From Sphingobacteriales bacterium (lineage in GTDB: Bacteria; Bacteroidota; Bacteroidia; Chitinophagales; JADIYW01), in the NCBI GenBank assembly GCA_031414515.1, contig JANNVS010000332.1:1-46833 (forward strand): a DNA stretch of 46,833 nt. The letters run 5' to 3'. Numbering within the stretch: position 1 is the first letter of the stretch; each line of letters begins with the position of its first letter. Shown in pieces: positions 8,818-19,080 of this stretch. Under the pieces are notes generated by a model. That model was given only the letters and a program-made list of their open reading frames with translations, had not been told where the DNA came from and made no database searches. The translations under genes were made by a program, and so were the position numbers.

Positions 8818-11800
8818 ATGAAAGAATTATCAGATTTAATTTTATACAAGGCATCAGCAGGTTCTGGAAAGACCTATACCTTGGCAAAAGAGTATCTAAA
8901 AATAGTGATTCTAAATCCATACGACTATAACAAAATTCTTGCAGTAACTTTTACTAAAAAAGCAACTGCAGAAATGAAAACCAGAATTATAGAGTATTTA
9001 AATTTATTAGAAAAGAAAGAAGAGAAAATTGTTGCACTCAGAAATTCAATTATTGAAGAGATTAAAAAAGCAAAAAATATTGACATAAGTGAGCAATTTG
9101 ATAAAAATGTTCGAATTGCCTTGCAATTAATTTTACACGATTATTCAAATTTTAATATTTCTACGATTGATAGTTTTTTTCAAGGCATTATTCGGTCGTT
9201 TGCCAAAGAGCTTGATTTGCCAATTGGTATGGAAGTCGAATTAGATACCGATGTCGTGATTCAGCAAGCAGTACAAGCGATGCTGAAAGAATACAAAACA
9301 GATAAAGATGTGTTCTCGAAATGGCTAGAAGAATATGTGTTTGATTTGATAGAAGAAGATAAAAGCTGGAAGATTGAAAACAATATTTCCAAACTGGCGC
9401 GACAATTACTCAGTGAAGATTATCAGCTATTGGCAACATCTAGCAATCAGCGATTTGATATTGAAACCTATAAAAATGCATTGACAGAATTAAAGCAAAT
9501 CGTTTTTAATTACAGAAAAAAATTAGATGATTTAACGAAGCAAGTTCAGGAAAAAATAAAAAGCAATCACATTGAGTTGAGTTTGTTTTTTCAGGGAAAT
9601 AAAAGCGTGCAGTCGTTTATCAATAATGCAAAAAAATACGAACCTGAAGCCAATTCTTATGTACAAAAAATGCTGAGTGGTGAATCTTTGTATTCAAAAG
9701 CAACTGCAAAAGATGAAGCACTGGCTTCGCAACTAAAAACTGCCTGGAATTCCTATTTAATTTATTATATAAATGATGTTTTGCAGCTGAAAGAGCAATG
9801 TCAGAGAAAATACAATGCAGCAGAAATTGTTCTGAAAAATATTTATTCGCTGGCTTTGCTGGAATTTATCAATCTGAAAATAAAAGAATACAAATCAGAT
9901 AAAAATTTGATTCTGATTTCAGATACGAATCAGATTGTAAGTTTGATTGCTCAGAACGAAGAAGTGCCATTTATTTTTGAGAAATCCGCAAGTTTCTTAA
10001 GATATATATTATTAGATGAATTTCAGGATACGTCTTCGCTACAATGGAAAGGCATGTTGCCACTATTACTTGAAATATTGCAAAACGTGGATGGTCTTGT
10101 ACTTATTGTTGGTGATCCTAAACAAAGTATATATAGATGGCGAGGTGGAAAAATGGAATTAATTATTGATGGCATCACAGCTGATTTATCCTACCATTGG
10201 AAAGATAGAAAAAATGTTTCACTAAAAGAAAACTACAGAAGTGCAAAAGAAATTGTAGAATTTAATAATGCCTTTTTTTCTACCGTAAAAAAAGAAATTA
10301 ATCTGCAAAATGATTTGTTAAAAAATGTATTGACAGATGTAGAACAGCAAATTATCAAAACAGATAAAACTGGTTTTGTTCAATGCAAATGGTTAGAAAA
10401 GAACGAAGAGGAAGATGTGCAATTAGCTGAAGTTTTACAAATTATAAAATCAATAGAAACTACTAAGAAATATAGTGATGTAGCCATTTTGACGCGCAAT
10501 AATATGCACGGCGCAGCAGTTGCCAATTATTTACAGGAAAATCAGATTCCTGTTGTTTCCGCAGAATCGTTATTGTTGAAAAATCAATTATCGATAAAAT
10601 TATTGATTGCAGCATTAGAATATGTATTGCATTCAAAAGAAGATTTTTATGCAGTGAAATTAAATTATTTATATGCACAATTTTTGCAACAAGAAAACAT
10701 TGAAAGTTATTTAATCAAACAAAAAAATGAATCTTATTTTTTTGAACAAAAGATTGAATTATTACATAAAAATAATATAGGACAATTATCTTCAGTTGCT
10801 GTAAATGAATTGGTTTTTATGTTGATGAATGCGTTAGCATTGGATATTCAAACCGATAATTACAGCTTACGTTTTCAGGATGTTATTTTCAAATATGTAC
10901 AAAATTATTCAACATCAACTCGTGAATTTTTAGAATTCTGGAACGAACAAAAACACAAGCTTTCTATCATTCCACCAGAAGGAATGAATGCTGTGAAAAT
11001 TTACACGATACACAAATCGAAAGGTTTGGAATTTCCTGTGGTGATTGTACCTTACGCGAGTTGGAGCATGAAACCCAAAGCAGATTCCACGATTTGGGTA
11101 AAAAGTGACGCGAAGCCTTTCAATGAACTAAATGTTTTTCCGGTGGAAATGACCAAGAAGTTAGAAAATAGTTTGTTTGAAGAAGATTTTCATAAAGAAA
11201 TTGAATTGAATTATATCGACAATATAAACCTGTTGTATGTAGCATTTACTCGCGCTGAAGAGCAATTGTACATTTTATCGAACGCAGAAAATGAAATTAA
11301 AATCGAAATCTTACCGCAAAACGTAAGCAGATTATTAAGTAATATAATTCCAAAATTAAACTTACAAAACAGCATAAATGACATCGACAAATTTTCTTTT
11401 GGAAGAATAAATAACTTTGTTACTAAAGAAGAAGATGAAATTAAAGTAATTAGTTTGCAAGCATCGTCTTTTCATAATTTTAAAACAAAATTGCCGTTAA
11501 CAACTAAGAAAGAATACAACCAAGCACAAACCAAAGGAAATATGTTGCATGATATTTTGGCAAAAATAAATCAACCAAATCAAGCTCAAAAAGCTATCGC
11601 AACAACAGCTATTGATGATATAGTATTTTATAAAGAAGCTACGCAGAAAGTAATGAATGTTTTTATAGAACAACATTGGTTTGATGAAAAATGGCATCAA
11701 GTAAACGAACGAAATTTATTATATAAAGATGAATTATTGCGTGCCGACAGAATTTTACTAAGTGAAAATGAGTGTATTATTATTGATTATAAGACTGGAG

Positions 11801-11925
11801 CAAAAGAAACAGCACATATAATGCAAATGCAAAAATACAAAGAAGCATATTCAACTATTTTTAAGCATAAAATTTCTGCTTTTTTACTATACACTGACAC
11901 TGTTGAATTACAAGAAGTGAATTAA
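8818..11925 (+). CDS. UvrD/Rep-family helicase fused to a PD-(D/E)XK nuclease (AddA/RecB-like)
   Basis: 1035 aa. Helicase motifs present: Walker A ASAGSGKTYTL, motif II LLDEFQDTS, motif III GDPKQSIYRWRGG, ENYRS, IHKSKGLEFPVVIV and LLYVAFTRAEEQLYIL. The C-terminal nuclease motif is ADRILL...IIIDYKTG...QMQKY. Confidence 0.85.
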   Translation: MKELSDLILYKASAGSGKTYTLAKEYLKIVILNPYDYNKILAVTFTKKATAEMKTRIIEYLNLLEKKEEKIVALRNSIIEEIKKAKNIDISEQFDKNVRIALQLILHDYSNFNISTIDSFFQGIIRSFAKELDLPIGMEVELDTDVVIQQAVQAMLKEYKTDKDVFSKWLEEYVFDLIEEDKSWKIENNISKLARQLLSEDYQLLATSSNQRFDIETYKNALTELKQIVFNYRKKLDDLTKQVQEKIKSNHIELSLFFQGNKSVQSFINNAKKYEPEANSYVQKMLSGESLYSKATAKDEALASQLKTAWNSYLIYYINDVLQLKEQCQRKYNAAEIVLKNIYSLALLEFINLKIKEYKSDKNLILISDTNQIVSLIAQNEEVPFIFEKSASFLRYILLDEFQDTSSLQWKGMLPLLLEILQNVDGLVLIVGDPKQSIYRWRGGKMELIIDGITADLSYHWKDRKNVSLKENYRSAKEIVEFNNAFFSTVKKEINLQNDLLKNVLTDVEQQIIKTDKTGFVQCKWLEKNEEEDVQLAEVLQIIKSIETTKKYSDVAILTRNNMHGAAVANYLQENQIPVVSAESLLLKNQLSIKLLIAALEYVLHSKEDFYAVKLNYLYAQFLQQENIESYLIKQKNESYFFEQKIELLHKNNIGQLSSVAVNELVFMLMNALALDIQTDNYSLRFQDVIFKYVQNYSTSTREFLEFWNEQKHKLSIIPPEGMNAVKIYTIHKSKGLEFPVVIVPYASWSMKPKADSTIWVKSDAKPFNELNVFPVEMTKKLENSLFEEDFHKEIELNYIDNINLLYVAFTRAEEQLYILSNAENEIKIEILPQNVSRLLSNIIPKLNLQNSINDIDKFSFGRINNFVTKEEDEIKVISLQASSFHNFKTKLPLTTKKEYNQAQTKGNMLHDILAKINQPNQAQKAIATTAIDDIVFYKEATQKVMNVFIEQHWFDEKWHQVNERNLLYKDELLRADRILLSENECIIIDYKTGAKETAHIMQMQKYKEAYSTIFKHKISAFLLYTDTVELQEVN

Positions 11926-11928
11926 TTT

Positions 11929-12876
11929 ATGAAACACGTTGTTCAAAAATACTATCAGGATGATTTTGAAATTATTGAATTAAAAAATGAAATAATTTCA
12001 TTAAAAATTGCTGTAAATATTGGCAATACTCTTTTTTCGTTTAACTACAACGATGATGAAAAGTTATATTTTCCATTCACTTTAGAAGAATACAAATCCA
12101 ATAAAAAATTAGCAGGCAACCCATTTATGCATCCTTGGGCAAATCGCTTAGAAGGTGAATATTTTCAGATAGAAAACGAACAACACGATTTTCCAAAAGA
12201 ACAGTTACATTTATTATATAGAGACGGAAATAATTTGCCATTGCATGGCTTGCTATTAAAATCTGACAAATGGAAAACGATTGAATTGTATGAAGACGAA
12301 AATTTATGTTATCACATAGCAAAATTTATTTTTGATGACGAAAATTTTCTGTCGATTTTTCCGTTTAAACATACTATTCAAATCAAACATCAGTTGCAAA
12401 ATAAGGAACTGAAAATTGAAACGATTATTGTAAATGAAGATGAAAAAGAGTTGCCCATCAGCTTTGGATTTCATCCATATTTTCGCAGAAATAATAAAAA
12501 TGCACGTCTAACTATTCCATCAATGAATACTATAGAGGTCAACGACAAAATGATACCTACAGGTAATTTTATTTCAAAAGAAAAAAAATGGAATTTTGTG
12601 GATGATACAATTTCTTTAGAAGAAGTTGCTTTTGATAATGGATTTCAGGATTTGAAAAGAAATGAAAATAATCAGACGGCTTTCTACATTAATGAAACAA
12701 AAATTCTATTTGATGAACATTATCCGTTTTCACAAATATATGCGCCTCTGCATACAGAAAAACCTTATGTGTGTATTGAACCGATGACAGCAGCAACTAA
12801 TTCACTGAATACCCAAAGTTGTAAAATGATTAAAACAACTGAAAGATTTACTGCGAGTTTTTCAATCTGTATTTAA
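11929..12876 (+). CDS. Aldose 1-epimerase (galactose mutarotase-like) family protein
   Basis: 315 aa. It starts 3 nt after the helicase stop. The ISFGFHPYFR and VCIEPMTA blocks match conserved His/Glu regions of the aldose-epimerase fold. Confidence 0.7.
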   Translation: MKHVVQKYYQDDFEIIELKNEIISLKIAVNIGNTLFSFNYNDDEKLYFPFTLEEYKSNKKLAGNPFMHPWANRLEGEYFQIENEQHDFPKEQLHLLYRDGNNLPLHGLLLKSDKWKTIELYEDENLCYHIAKFIFDDENFLSIFPFKHTIQIKHQLQNKELKIETIIVNEDEKELPISFGFHPYFRRNNKNARLTIPSMNTIEVNDKMIPTGNFISKEKKWNFVDDTISLEEVAFDNGFQDLKRNENNQTAFYINETKILFDEHYPFSQIYAPLHTEKPYVCIEPMTAATNSLNTQSCKMIKTTERFTASFSICI

Positions 12877-12956
12877 TTAAAATGTTTTTTTTAGATATTT
12901 TAACTTATTAGTTTAGTTTAAATATTTCTCATATTATTTTAGGCACAAAATTTGTA

Positions 12957-12964
12957 TATCTTTG
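12957..12964 (+). promoter_or_regulatory. Candidate -7 box (TATCTTTG)
   Basis: Exact TAnnTTTG match, 16 nt upstream of the ATG at 12981. Confidence 0.4.
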
Positions 12965-12980
12965 GAAACAAATTTTTAAA

Positions 12981-13526
12981 ATGAGAAATATACTTTTTAC
13001 ATCATTGATGCTAGTCATCACATTATTTTCTGCAACAGCACAAATGCCAGCAGTAGGTACAAAAGCTACAGAATTAAACTATAAAGATCCAAACGGAAAA
13101 GAAATCTCTTTGTCTTCTTTGAAAGGTAACATGGTCTTATTGGATTTTTGGGCATCCTGGTGTGGTCCATGCCGCAGAAACAATCCAGCTGTAGTTGAAT
13201 TGTACAATCAATATCAAGGAAAAAAATGGATAAAAGGTGTAAAAGGATTTACAGTATACAGCATTTCCTTAGATCAAAATGCAGAAAACTGGAAACAAGC
13301 AATAAAACAAGACGGGTTGGTTTGGGTAAACCATGTGTCTGATCTAAAGGGATGGTCTTCTGATGGTGCAGCAAAGTATGGCATTCGCTCAATTCCTCAA
13401 ACAGTATTAATAGATGAAACAGGATTTGTGATAGCAATAAATCCACCACATCAATTAATTGTTCAATTAATTGATAAAAAGTTAGGTACTGCTACGAAAT
13501 CTAAGTCAGCTGTTAAAAGTAAATAA
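12981..13526 (+). CDS. Secreted thioredoxin-fold thiol:disulfide oxidoreductase (TlpA/ResA-like)
   Basis: 181 aa with a signal peptide. The DFWASWCGPCRR active site carries a CxxC motif. Confidence 0.8.
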   Translation: MRNILFTSLMLVITLFSATAQMPAVGTKATELNYKDPNGKEISLSSLKGNMVLLDFWASWCGPCRRNNPAVVELYNQYQGKKWIKGVKGFTVYSISLDQNAENWKQAIKQDGLVWVNHVSDLKGWSSDGAAKYGIRSIPQTVLIDETGFVIAINPPHQLIVQLIDKKLGTATKSKSAVKSK

Positions 13527-13625
13527 TTGTTTTTTTAAAAATTATTCCACGTATTACTTTTTGTGTCAATTTGTCGCATAAATCCTTTGGCAAACTATTT
13601 GTCATAGGGTTTTTAAAATCTACCA

Positions 13626-14198
13626 ATGTTAGAGGAAAATGAGACTGTTGAAAAAACACAAACAGAACAAAACTCTGTGGAAGAGCCACAGATTCAGTCA
13701 GAAAGTCAGAAAAATGAAACTATTATAGAAATTCCTGTAACTATAGAAGACGAATTGACGGTGTTAAAAAAGGAAGTGAATGAGCAAAAAGATAAATATT
13801 TACGCTTATTTGCTGAGTTTGATAATTATAAGAAACGTAACGCCAAAGAGAGATTAGAATTGTTTAAAACGGCCGGTCAAGATATCATTCGTGAATTATT
13901 GCCAATAATAGATGATTTCCAACGTGCAGATAAAGCATTCTCTCAGGATAAAAATGCGGAAAATTATGTAAGCGGTGTGAAATTAATACAAGAGAAATTA
14001 TTAAAAACTCTTCAAAATAAAGGCTTACAAGTTATTGAAAGTATTGGCAAAGATTTTAATGTAGAACAACATGAAGCCATTGCAGAAGTACCTGCGCCAA
14101 ATAATAAACAAAAAGGAAAAATTATCGACGAGGTTGAAAGTGGCTATACACTTAACGATACCATTATCAGATATGCAAAAGTGGTAGTTGGTAAATAA
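13626..14198 (+). CDS. grpE: Nucleotide exchange factor GrpE
   Basis: 190 aa. An acidic N-terminus is followed by YLRLFAEFDNYKKR, LLPIIDDFQRA and a C-terminal beta domain, all typical of GrpE. Confidence 0.9.
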   Translation: MLEENETVEKTQTEQNSVEEPQIQSESQKNETIIEIPVTIEDELTVLKKEVNEQKDKYLRLFAEFDNYKKRNAKERLELFKTAGQDIIRELLPIIDDFQRADKAFSQDKNAENYVSGVKLIQEKLLKTLQNKGLQVIESIGKDFNVEQHEAIAEVPAPNNKQKGKIIDEVESGYTLNDTIIRYAKVVVGK

Positions 14199-14274
14199 TA
14201 TAATTGGTGGATTAATAATTGGAGAATTATAAAATATTCATCAGTTATTAATTCAATATTCAACAATAAAGAGA

Positions 14275-15435
14275 ATGAAGAAAAGAGACTTTTATGAAAT
14301 ATTAGGAGTGGCAAAGAATGCTACTGCAGATGATATAAAAAAATCATATCGTAAGCTTGCTTTACAGCATCATCCAGATAGAAATCCAGGTGACAAAGCA
14401 GCAGAAGAAAGATTTAAAGAAGCTGCAGAAGCTTATGATATATTAAGTAATGATGAGAAGCGTGCAAAATATGATCGGTTTGGTCATCAAGGCGCTGCAG
14501 GTGGTTTTGGAGGTGGACAAGCTGGCGGAATGAATATGGAAGATATTTTTTCGCAATTTGGAGATATCTTTGGAAGTGGTGGAGATGGCAACCCATTTGA
14601 ATCCTTTTTTGGCGGTGGCGGTGGAAGTCGCAGAGAACGAGGTAGCGGACAACGTGGTAGCAACTTGCGTGTAAAAGTGAAAATGGATTTAGAAGAAATT
14701 GCAAATGGAGCGCAGAAAAAAATAAAAGTAAAAAAACATATTACTTGTGATGTTTGTGCAGGAATTGGCGCAAAAGATAAATCATCTTATCAGACTTGTA
14801 ACACTTGTAATGGAAGTGGCGTTGTAAGAAAAGTAACACAAACTTTTTTAGGTCAAATGGCAACCACAGGTGCATGTCCGACATGCGAAGGTGAAGGAAA
14901 AATCATTACAAATAAATGTACTAAATGCAGAGGTGAAGGCAGAGTTTACGGTGAAGAAATTGTTAGCATCGAAATACCTGCTGGTGTGAGTGAAGGCATT
15001 CAATTGTCAATGAATGGAAAAGGAAATGCAGGTATACGTGGCGGATATGCAGGTGACTTATTAATTAATATAGAAGAAACGCCACATCCAGAATTAAAAC
15101 GTGAAGACACAAATGTAGTCTATCATTTGTATTTGAACTTTGCTGAAGTGGCATTGGGCACACAGGTAGAAGTACCAACCATAGGTGGGAATGCTAAAAT
15201 AAAAATTCCAAAAGGCACTCAAAGTGGTAAATTATTTCGATTGCAAGGAAAAGGAATTCCTAGCCTGAATGGATATGGAAAAGGAGACCAGATTGTAGAA
15301 GTACAAGTATTTACTCCACAGGATTTAACTGCTGAAGAAATGGAATTATTAGAGAAAATGAAAGAAGCCAAAAACTTTAGTCCTGCTGCACAGAAAGAAA
15401 AAAATAAAGGATTTTTTGATAAATTTTTCCATTAG
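14275..15435 (+). CDS. dnaJ: Molecular chaperone DnaJ
   Basis: 386 aa. It has a J-domain with HPD (LQHHPDRNP), a G/F-rich linker, and four CxxCxGxG zinc-finger repeats (CDVCAGIG, CNTCNGSG, CPTCEGEG, CTKCRGEG). Confidence 0.95.
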   Translation: MKKRDFYEILGVAKNATADDIKKSYRKLALQHHPDRNPGDKAAEERFKEAAEAYDILSNDEKRAKYDRFGHQGAAGGFGGGQAGGMNMEDIFSQFGDIFGSGGDGNPFESFFGGGGGSRRERGSGQRGSNLRVKVKMDLEEIANGAQKKIKVKKHITCDVCAGIGAKDKSSYQTCNTCNGSGVVRKVTQTFLGQMATTGACPTCEGEGKIITNKCTKCRGEGRVYGEEIVSIEIPAGVSEGIQLSMNGKGNAGIRGGYAGDLLINIEETPHPELKREDTNVVYHLYLNFAEVALGTQVEVPTIGGNAKIKIPKGTQSGKLFRLQGKGIPSLNGYGKGDQIVEVQVFTPQDLTAEEMELLEKMKEAKNFSPAAQKEKNKGFFDKFFH

Positions 15436-15507
15436 ATTATAAAGTTTATTCGTAAGTAATTTTGTTAGCGATAAATAACTTATAACTTTACAACTAACAA
15501 CTTTATT

Positions 15508-16410
15508 TTGTTACTACTCGACGTACAACATATTTTCAAATCTTTTCAAAATAATCTGGCATTGCTAGATGTCAGTTTATCTTTAGAAAAAAATAAAATT
15601 TACGGATTACTCGGACCGAATGGTGCTGGAAAAACCACACTGATTCGAAACATTACACAGATATTTTTCCCAGATAGTGGTTCTATACTTTTTAATGGCG
15701 AAAAACTTTCAGAAAAACATCAGAACCAAATTGGTTACATGCCTGAAGAACGTGGCTTGTATAAAAAAATGAAAGTCGGTGAGCAACTGATGTATTTTGC
15801 GAGATTAAGAAATTTTACCAAACAAGAAGCCGAACAAAAAATTGATTTCTGGCTAAAAAAATTAGAAATTGAAAGCTGGCGAAATAAAACCATCGAAGAA
15901 TTATCAAAAGGTATGCAGCAAAAAGTGCAATTTGTTGCCACTATTTTACACGAACCGACTTTATTAATTTTAGACGAGCCTTTTTCAGGCTTAGACCCAA
16001 TTAATGCAGAAATTATTAAGAATGAAATTTTTGAATTACAACAAAAAGGCACTACCATTATTTTTTCTACGCACAGAATGGAAAATGTAGAAGAAATTTG
16101 CGAAGATATTTTTCTTATAAATAAAGGAAAAATTATTTTAGATGGAAATGTGCAAACCATCAAACAGCAATATAAAAAGCATTTAATAAAAGTTGATATT
16201 AACAGCGCGATTTCACTGAACGAAATATTTCAAACACAAACAACTATTGTAGAGCAAACCAATACTAATCTTATTTTTAAATTGAAAGAAAATCAAACAG
16301 CAAATGATATTCTCAAAATTTTATTGCAAAACAACATAGAGGTTTTTGGCATGACGGAAATTTTGCCAACCATCAATGAGATTTTTATTCAAACAGTAAA
16401 TAATAACTAA
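15508..16410 (+). CDS. ABC transporter ATP-binding protein (ABC-2/NatA-like)
   Basis: 300 aa with a TTG start. It has Walker A GPNGAGKTT, the signature LSKGMQQK, Walker B LLILDEP, and an H-loop STHRM. Confidence 0.85.
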   Translation: MLLLDVQHIFKSFQNNLALLDVSLSLEKNKIYGLLGPNGAGKTTLIRNITQIFFPDSGSILFNGEKLSEKHQNQIGYMPEERGLYKKMKVGEQLMYFARLRNFTKQEAEQKIDFWLKKLEIESWRNKTIEELSKGMQQKVQFVATILHEPTLLILDEPFSGLDPINAEIIKNEIFELQQKGTTIIFSTHRMENVEEICEDIFLINKGKIILDGNVQTIKQQYKKHLIKVDINSAISLNEIFQTQTTIVEQTNTNLIFKLKENQTANDILKILLQNNIEVFGMTEILPTINEIFIQTVNNN

Positions 16411-16413
16411 TCC

Positions 16414-17718
16414 TTGAAAAAAATCTGGTACATTATACAACGTGAATATATTACAAGAGTAAGAAAGAAATCTTTTATTCTGTTGACGATATTATTGCCT
16501 GTTTTAATTGGATTAATGACCATTGCATTAGTAGAAATCGCAACCAACGCACAGGAAAAACTCACCATTGCAGTAAAAGACGAAAGCGGTTTGTTTGAAG
16601 ACAAATTCAGAGGTATGGATATTGGCGAAAGCTTGCGCTTTAAATACCTTACCGAAAATCCGCAATCAATTGATTCTTTAAAAAATATTTATCAGAATAT
16701 TGATTGCGACGGCATCTTATACATTCCAAAAATTGATTTGACAAAACCGTTTGGTATTGCTTATTATTCAGATAATGAATTAGGCATGACGACAGAAGCA
16801 CATATACAAAAAAAAATTTCGGAAGAAATCCGAAATCGAGCGCTGCTGCAAAGAAATTATAATGTAGATACGATAGCACTTTTTGATAAAGAAATTTCTA
16901 TCGACAAGATTATAAATAACGAAAAGAAAAAAGGAAGTTCAGCAGTAGCCGGAATATTTGGTTATGCATGTGGTTTTCTAATTTATATTTTTCTGATTGT
17001 GTATGGCGCAATGGTCATGAAAAGTGTAACTGAAGAAAAAACAAACCGTATTGTAGAAGTATTAGTAACCAGTGTAAAACCATTCCAATTAATGATTGGT
17101 AAAATTATTGGAATTGGTGCCGTTGGCTTAACTCAATTTACAGGCTGGGCAATTTTGACATTCGCTATTAATTTATTACTTCCTTTATTTTTAGGTGATA
17201 AAATGCTCGCCATGCAAACCATGCAGCAAGGCAGTCAACTGGCAAATACTTCAGAAAGTACACAAATCTTAATCAATATTTCCAATGCGTTTCAAGATTT
17301 GAATATTGCACGGATGCTGTTTAGTTTTGTATTCTATTTTATATTTGGCTATTTATTTTATGCGTCGCAATTTGCAGCCATTGGTGCTGCCATGACAGAT
17401 GATAGCGATGCACAATCATTTACATTTCCGATTACTATACCAATTATTATTTCGATGATATTGATGTCGGTTACCTTGTCTCAACCATTTTCATCTGCTG
17501 CATTTTGGGGCTCGATGCTGCCATTTTCCTCACCAATAATTATGATTACACGCATTCCATTTCAAGTACCCTGGTGGGAACAATTACTGTCGATGTTTAT
17601 TTTATTAATTTCATCGCTTGGAATGGTATATGTTGCCGCAAAAATTTATCGTGTTGGTATTTTAATACAAGGCAAAAAAATCACCTTCAAAGAAATTGGC
17701 AAGTGGATTTTTTATTGA
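16414..17718 (+). CDS. ABC-2 type transporter permease (NatB-like)
   Basis: 434 aa with a TTG start 3 nt after the ATPase stop. An N-terminal TM helix and a large extracytoplasmic loop are followed by ~5 C-terminal TM helices. Confidence 0.75.
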   Translation: MKKIWYIIQREYITRVRKKSFILLTILLPVLIGLMTIALVEIATNAQEKLTIAVKDESGLFEDKFRGMDIGESLRFKYLTENPQSIDSLKNIYQNIDCDGILYIPKIDLTKPFGIAYYSDNELGMTTEAHIQKKISEEIRNRALLQRNYNVDTIALFDKEISIDKIINNEKKKGSSAVAGIFGYACGFLIYIFLIVYGAMVMKSVTEEKTNRIVEVLVTSVKPFQLMIGKIIGIGAVGLTQFTGWAILTFAINLLLPLFLGDKMLAMQTMQQGSQLANTSESTQILINISNAFQDLNIARMLFSFVFYFIFGYLFYASQFAAIGAAMTDDSDAQSFTFPITIPIIISMILMSVTLSQPFSSAAFWGSMLPFSSPIIMITRIPFQVPWWEQLLSMFILLISSLGMVYVAAKIYRVGILIQGKKITFKEIGKWIFY

Positions 17719-17768
17719 CAAATTTGACATTCTGAACGAAATGAAGAATCTTGCTTAATTCAAACAGA

Positions 17769-17798
17769 AAAATGCAGATTTTTTAAAATCTGCATTTT
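17769..17798. terminator. AT-rich palindromic hairpin, probable bidirectional terminator
   Basis: AAAATGCAGATTTT-tt-AAAATCTGCATTTT. It lies between the convergent ABC-2 permease (+) and galE (-) transcription units. Confidence 0.5.
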
Positions 17799-17970
17799 CA
17801 ATATTTAATATTTATTTTAATTATTCTCTCTAACTTAGCAGAAATTAGGTCTCTGTTTACAGAATCAAAAAATATCATTCGGGTTCCGTCTTCAGAAATC
17901 TGAAAGATAAAACTATAATACTGACAAAGGAAGCGAATGGTTAAAATAAAAAAAATGTGATTTTTGGAAA

Positions 17971-18996
17971 CTACAATCTCAGCTCTTTCATCTTCAATTC
18001 CCAATTCCATGCACTTAGCATTGAATCTTCTAAATTATAGCGACAAGTCCAATGAAGTTTTGTATTTGCTTTTGTATTGTCTGCGTACACAGCAACTACG
18101 TCGCCAGCACGTCGCACACCAATTGTATAGTTTAGTTTTTTACCGCTTACCTTTTCAAATGCAGCAATTGCTTCAAACACAGAAACACCATTGCCTGAGC
18201 CCAAATTAAATATTTCTAAGTTGCTGTCATTTTTTTTATCAATCAGAAATTGCAATGCTAAAGTATGTGCGTGTGCAATGTCACACACGTGTATATAATC
18301 GCGAATATTGCTTCCATCGCGTGTATTATAATCATTTCCAAAAACAGTTAGCTGCTCTATTTTTCCTATAGCAGTTTGTGTAATATACGGCACTAAATTA
18401 CTTGGTTTGTCAATTGGTATTTCGCCAATGTTTGTAGATGGATGCGCACCAACAGGATTAAAATATCTTAGTAAAATATTCTGTTGTGCCGTATTTACTT
18501 TTGAGAAATTTTTGATAATGTCTTCACCAATTTGTTTAGTATGTGCATACGGACTTTCTGCTTCTTTTATTGGCGTGTCTTCTGTTACAGGCAATTCATC
18601 AGCGTTGCCATACGCAGCACAAGAAGAAGAAAAAACAAAATTTGGTATGTTGTACATTTTTATCGCCTTCAATACATTCAATAAAGAATCTAAATTATTA
18701 GCGTAATACAATAATGGTTTCTCTACTGATTCACCAACAGATTTCAATGCAGCGAAATGAATAATTCCAACGGCATCCTTGTGTTCTTCAATTACTTTAA
18801 GTGTTGCGTTTTTATCACATAAATCTATATTATAAAAAACTGGTTTCGTTCCAGTAATTTTTTCAATTCCAGTTAATGCATATTCTTTAGAGCGCGATAA
18901 ATTATCTATACAAATTACTTCAAATCCATTTTCTATCAAATCCACTATTGTGTGTGAACCAATATATCCTGTGCCGCCTGTAACTATTACCTTCAT
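17971..18996 (-). CDS. galE: UDP-glucose 4-epimerase
   Basis: 341 aa. It has the Rossmann motif VTGGTGYIGSH, a catalytic YAHTK (YxxxK), and a RYFNPVGAH block. Confidence 0.9.
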   Translation of the reverse strand: MKVIVTGGTGYIGSHTIVDLIENGFEVICIDNLSRSKEYALTGIEKITGTKPVFYNIDLCDKNATLKVIEEHKDAVGIIHFAALKSVGESVEKPLLYYANNLDSLLNVLKAIKMYNIPNFVFSSSCAAYGNADELPVTEDTPIKEAESPYAHTKQIGEDIIKNFSKVNTAQQNILLRYFNPVGAHPSTNIGEIPIDKPSNLVPYITQTAIGKIEQLTVFGNDYNTRDGSNIRDYIHVCDIAHAHTLALQFLIDKKNDSNLEIFNLGSGNGVSVFEAIAAFEKVSGKKLNYTIGVRRAGDVVAVYADNTKANTKLHWTCRYNLEDSMLSAWNWELKMKELRL

Positions 18997-19080
18997 GTAT
19001 TAACTGTTGAAATGTTGAGTTGTAGAATGATAGAATGATAGTTTTAATGCCATATCAATCTAACTACTAATTACTCATTA

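Noticed and set aside
13527-13625. I looked for a CIRCE/HrcA operator (TTAGCACTC-N9-GAGTGCTAA) or another heat-shock element upstream of grpE-dnaJ.
   Set aside because: No such inverted repeat is present, and there is no exact TAnnTTTG box either. The absence of dnaK next to grpE-dnaJ is common in Bacteroidota and not remarkable.
15735-16163. A long antisense ORF (142 aa) lies opposite the ABC ATPase gene. Similar shadow ORFs occur at 8119-8469, 24802-25104, 26206-26748, 39276-39623 and 42114-42518.
   Set aside because: Each lies wholly inside a well-supported gene on the other strand. Each has low-complexity, Cys/Phe/Ser-rich composition and no recognisable motif or promoter. They are typical shadow ORFs.
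19023-19041. A short tandem repeat TAGAATGA x2.4 lies between rfbA and galE.
   Set aside because: It is only 19 nt, with too few copies to count as a meaningful repeat. It is most likely chance in an AT-rich spacer.
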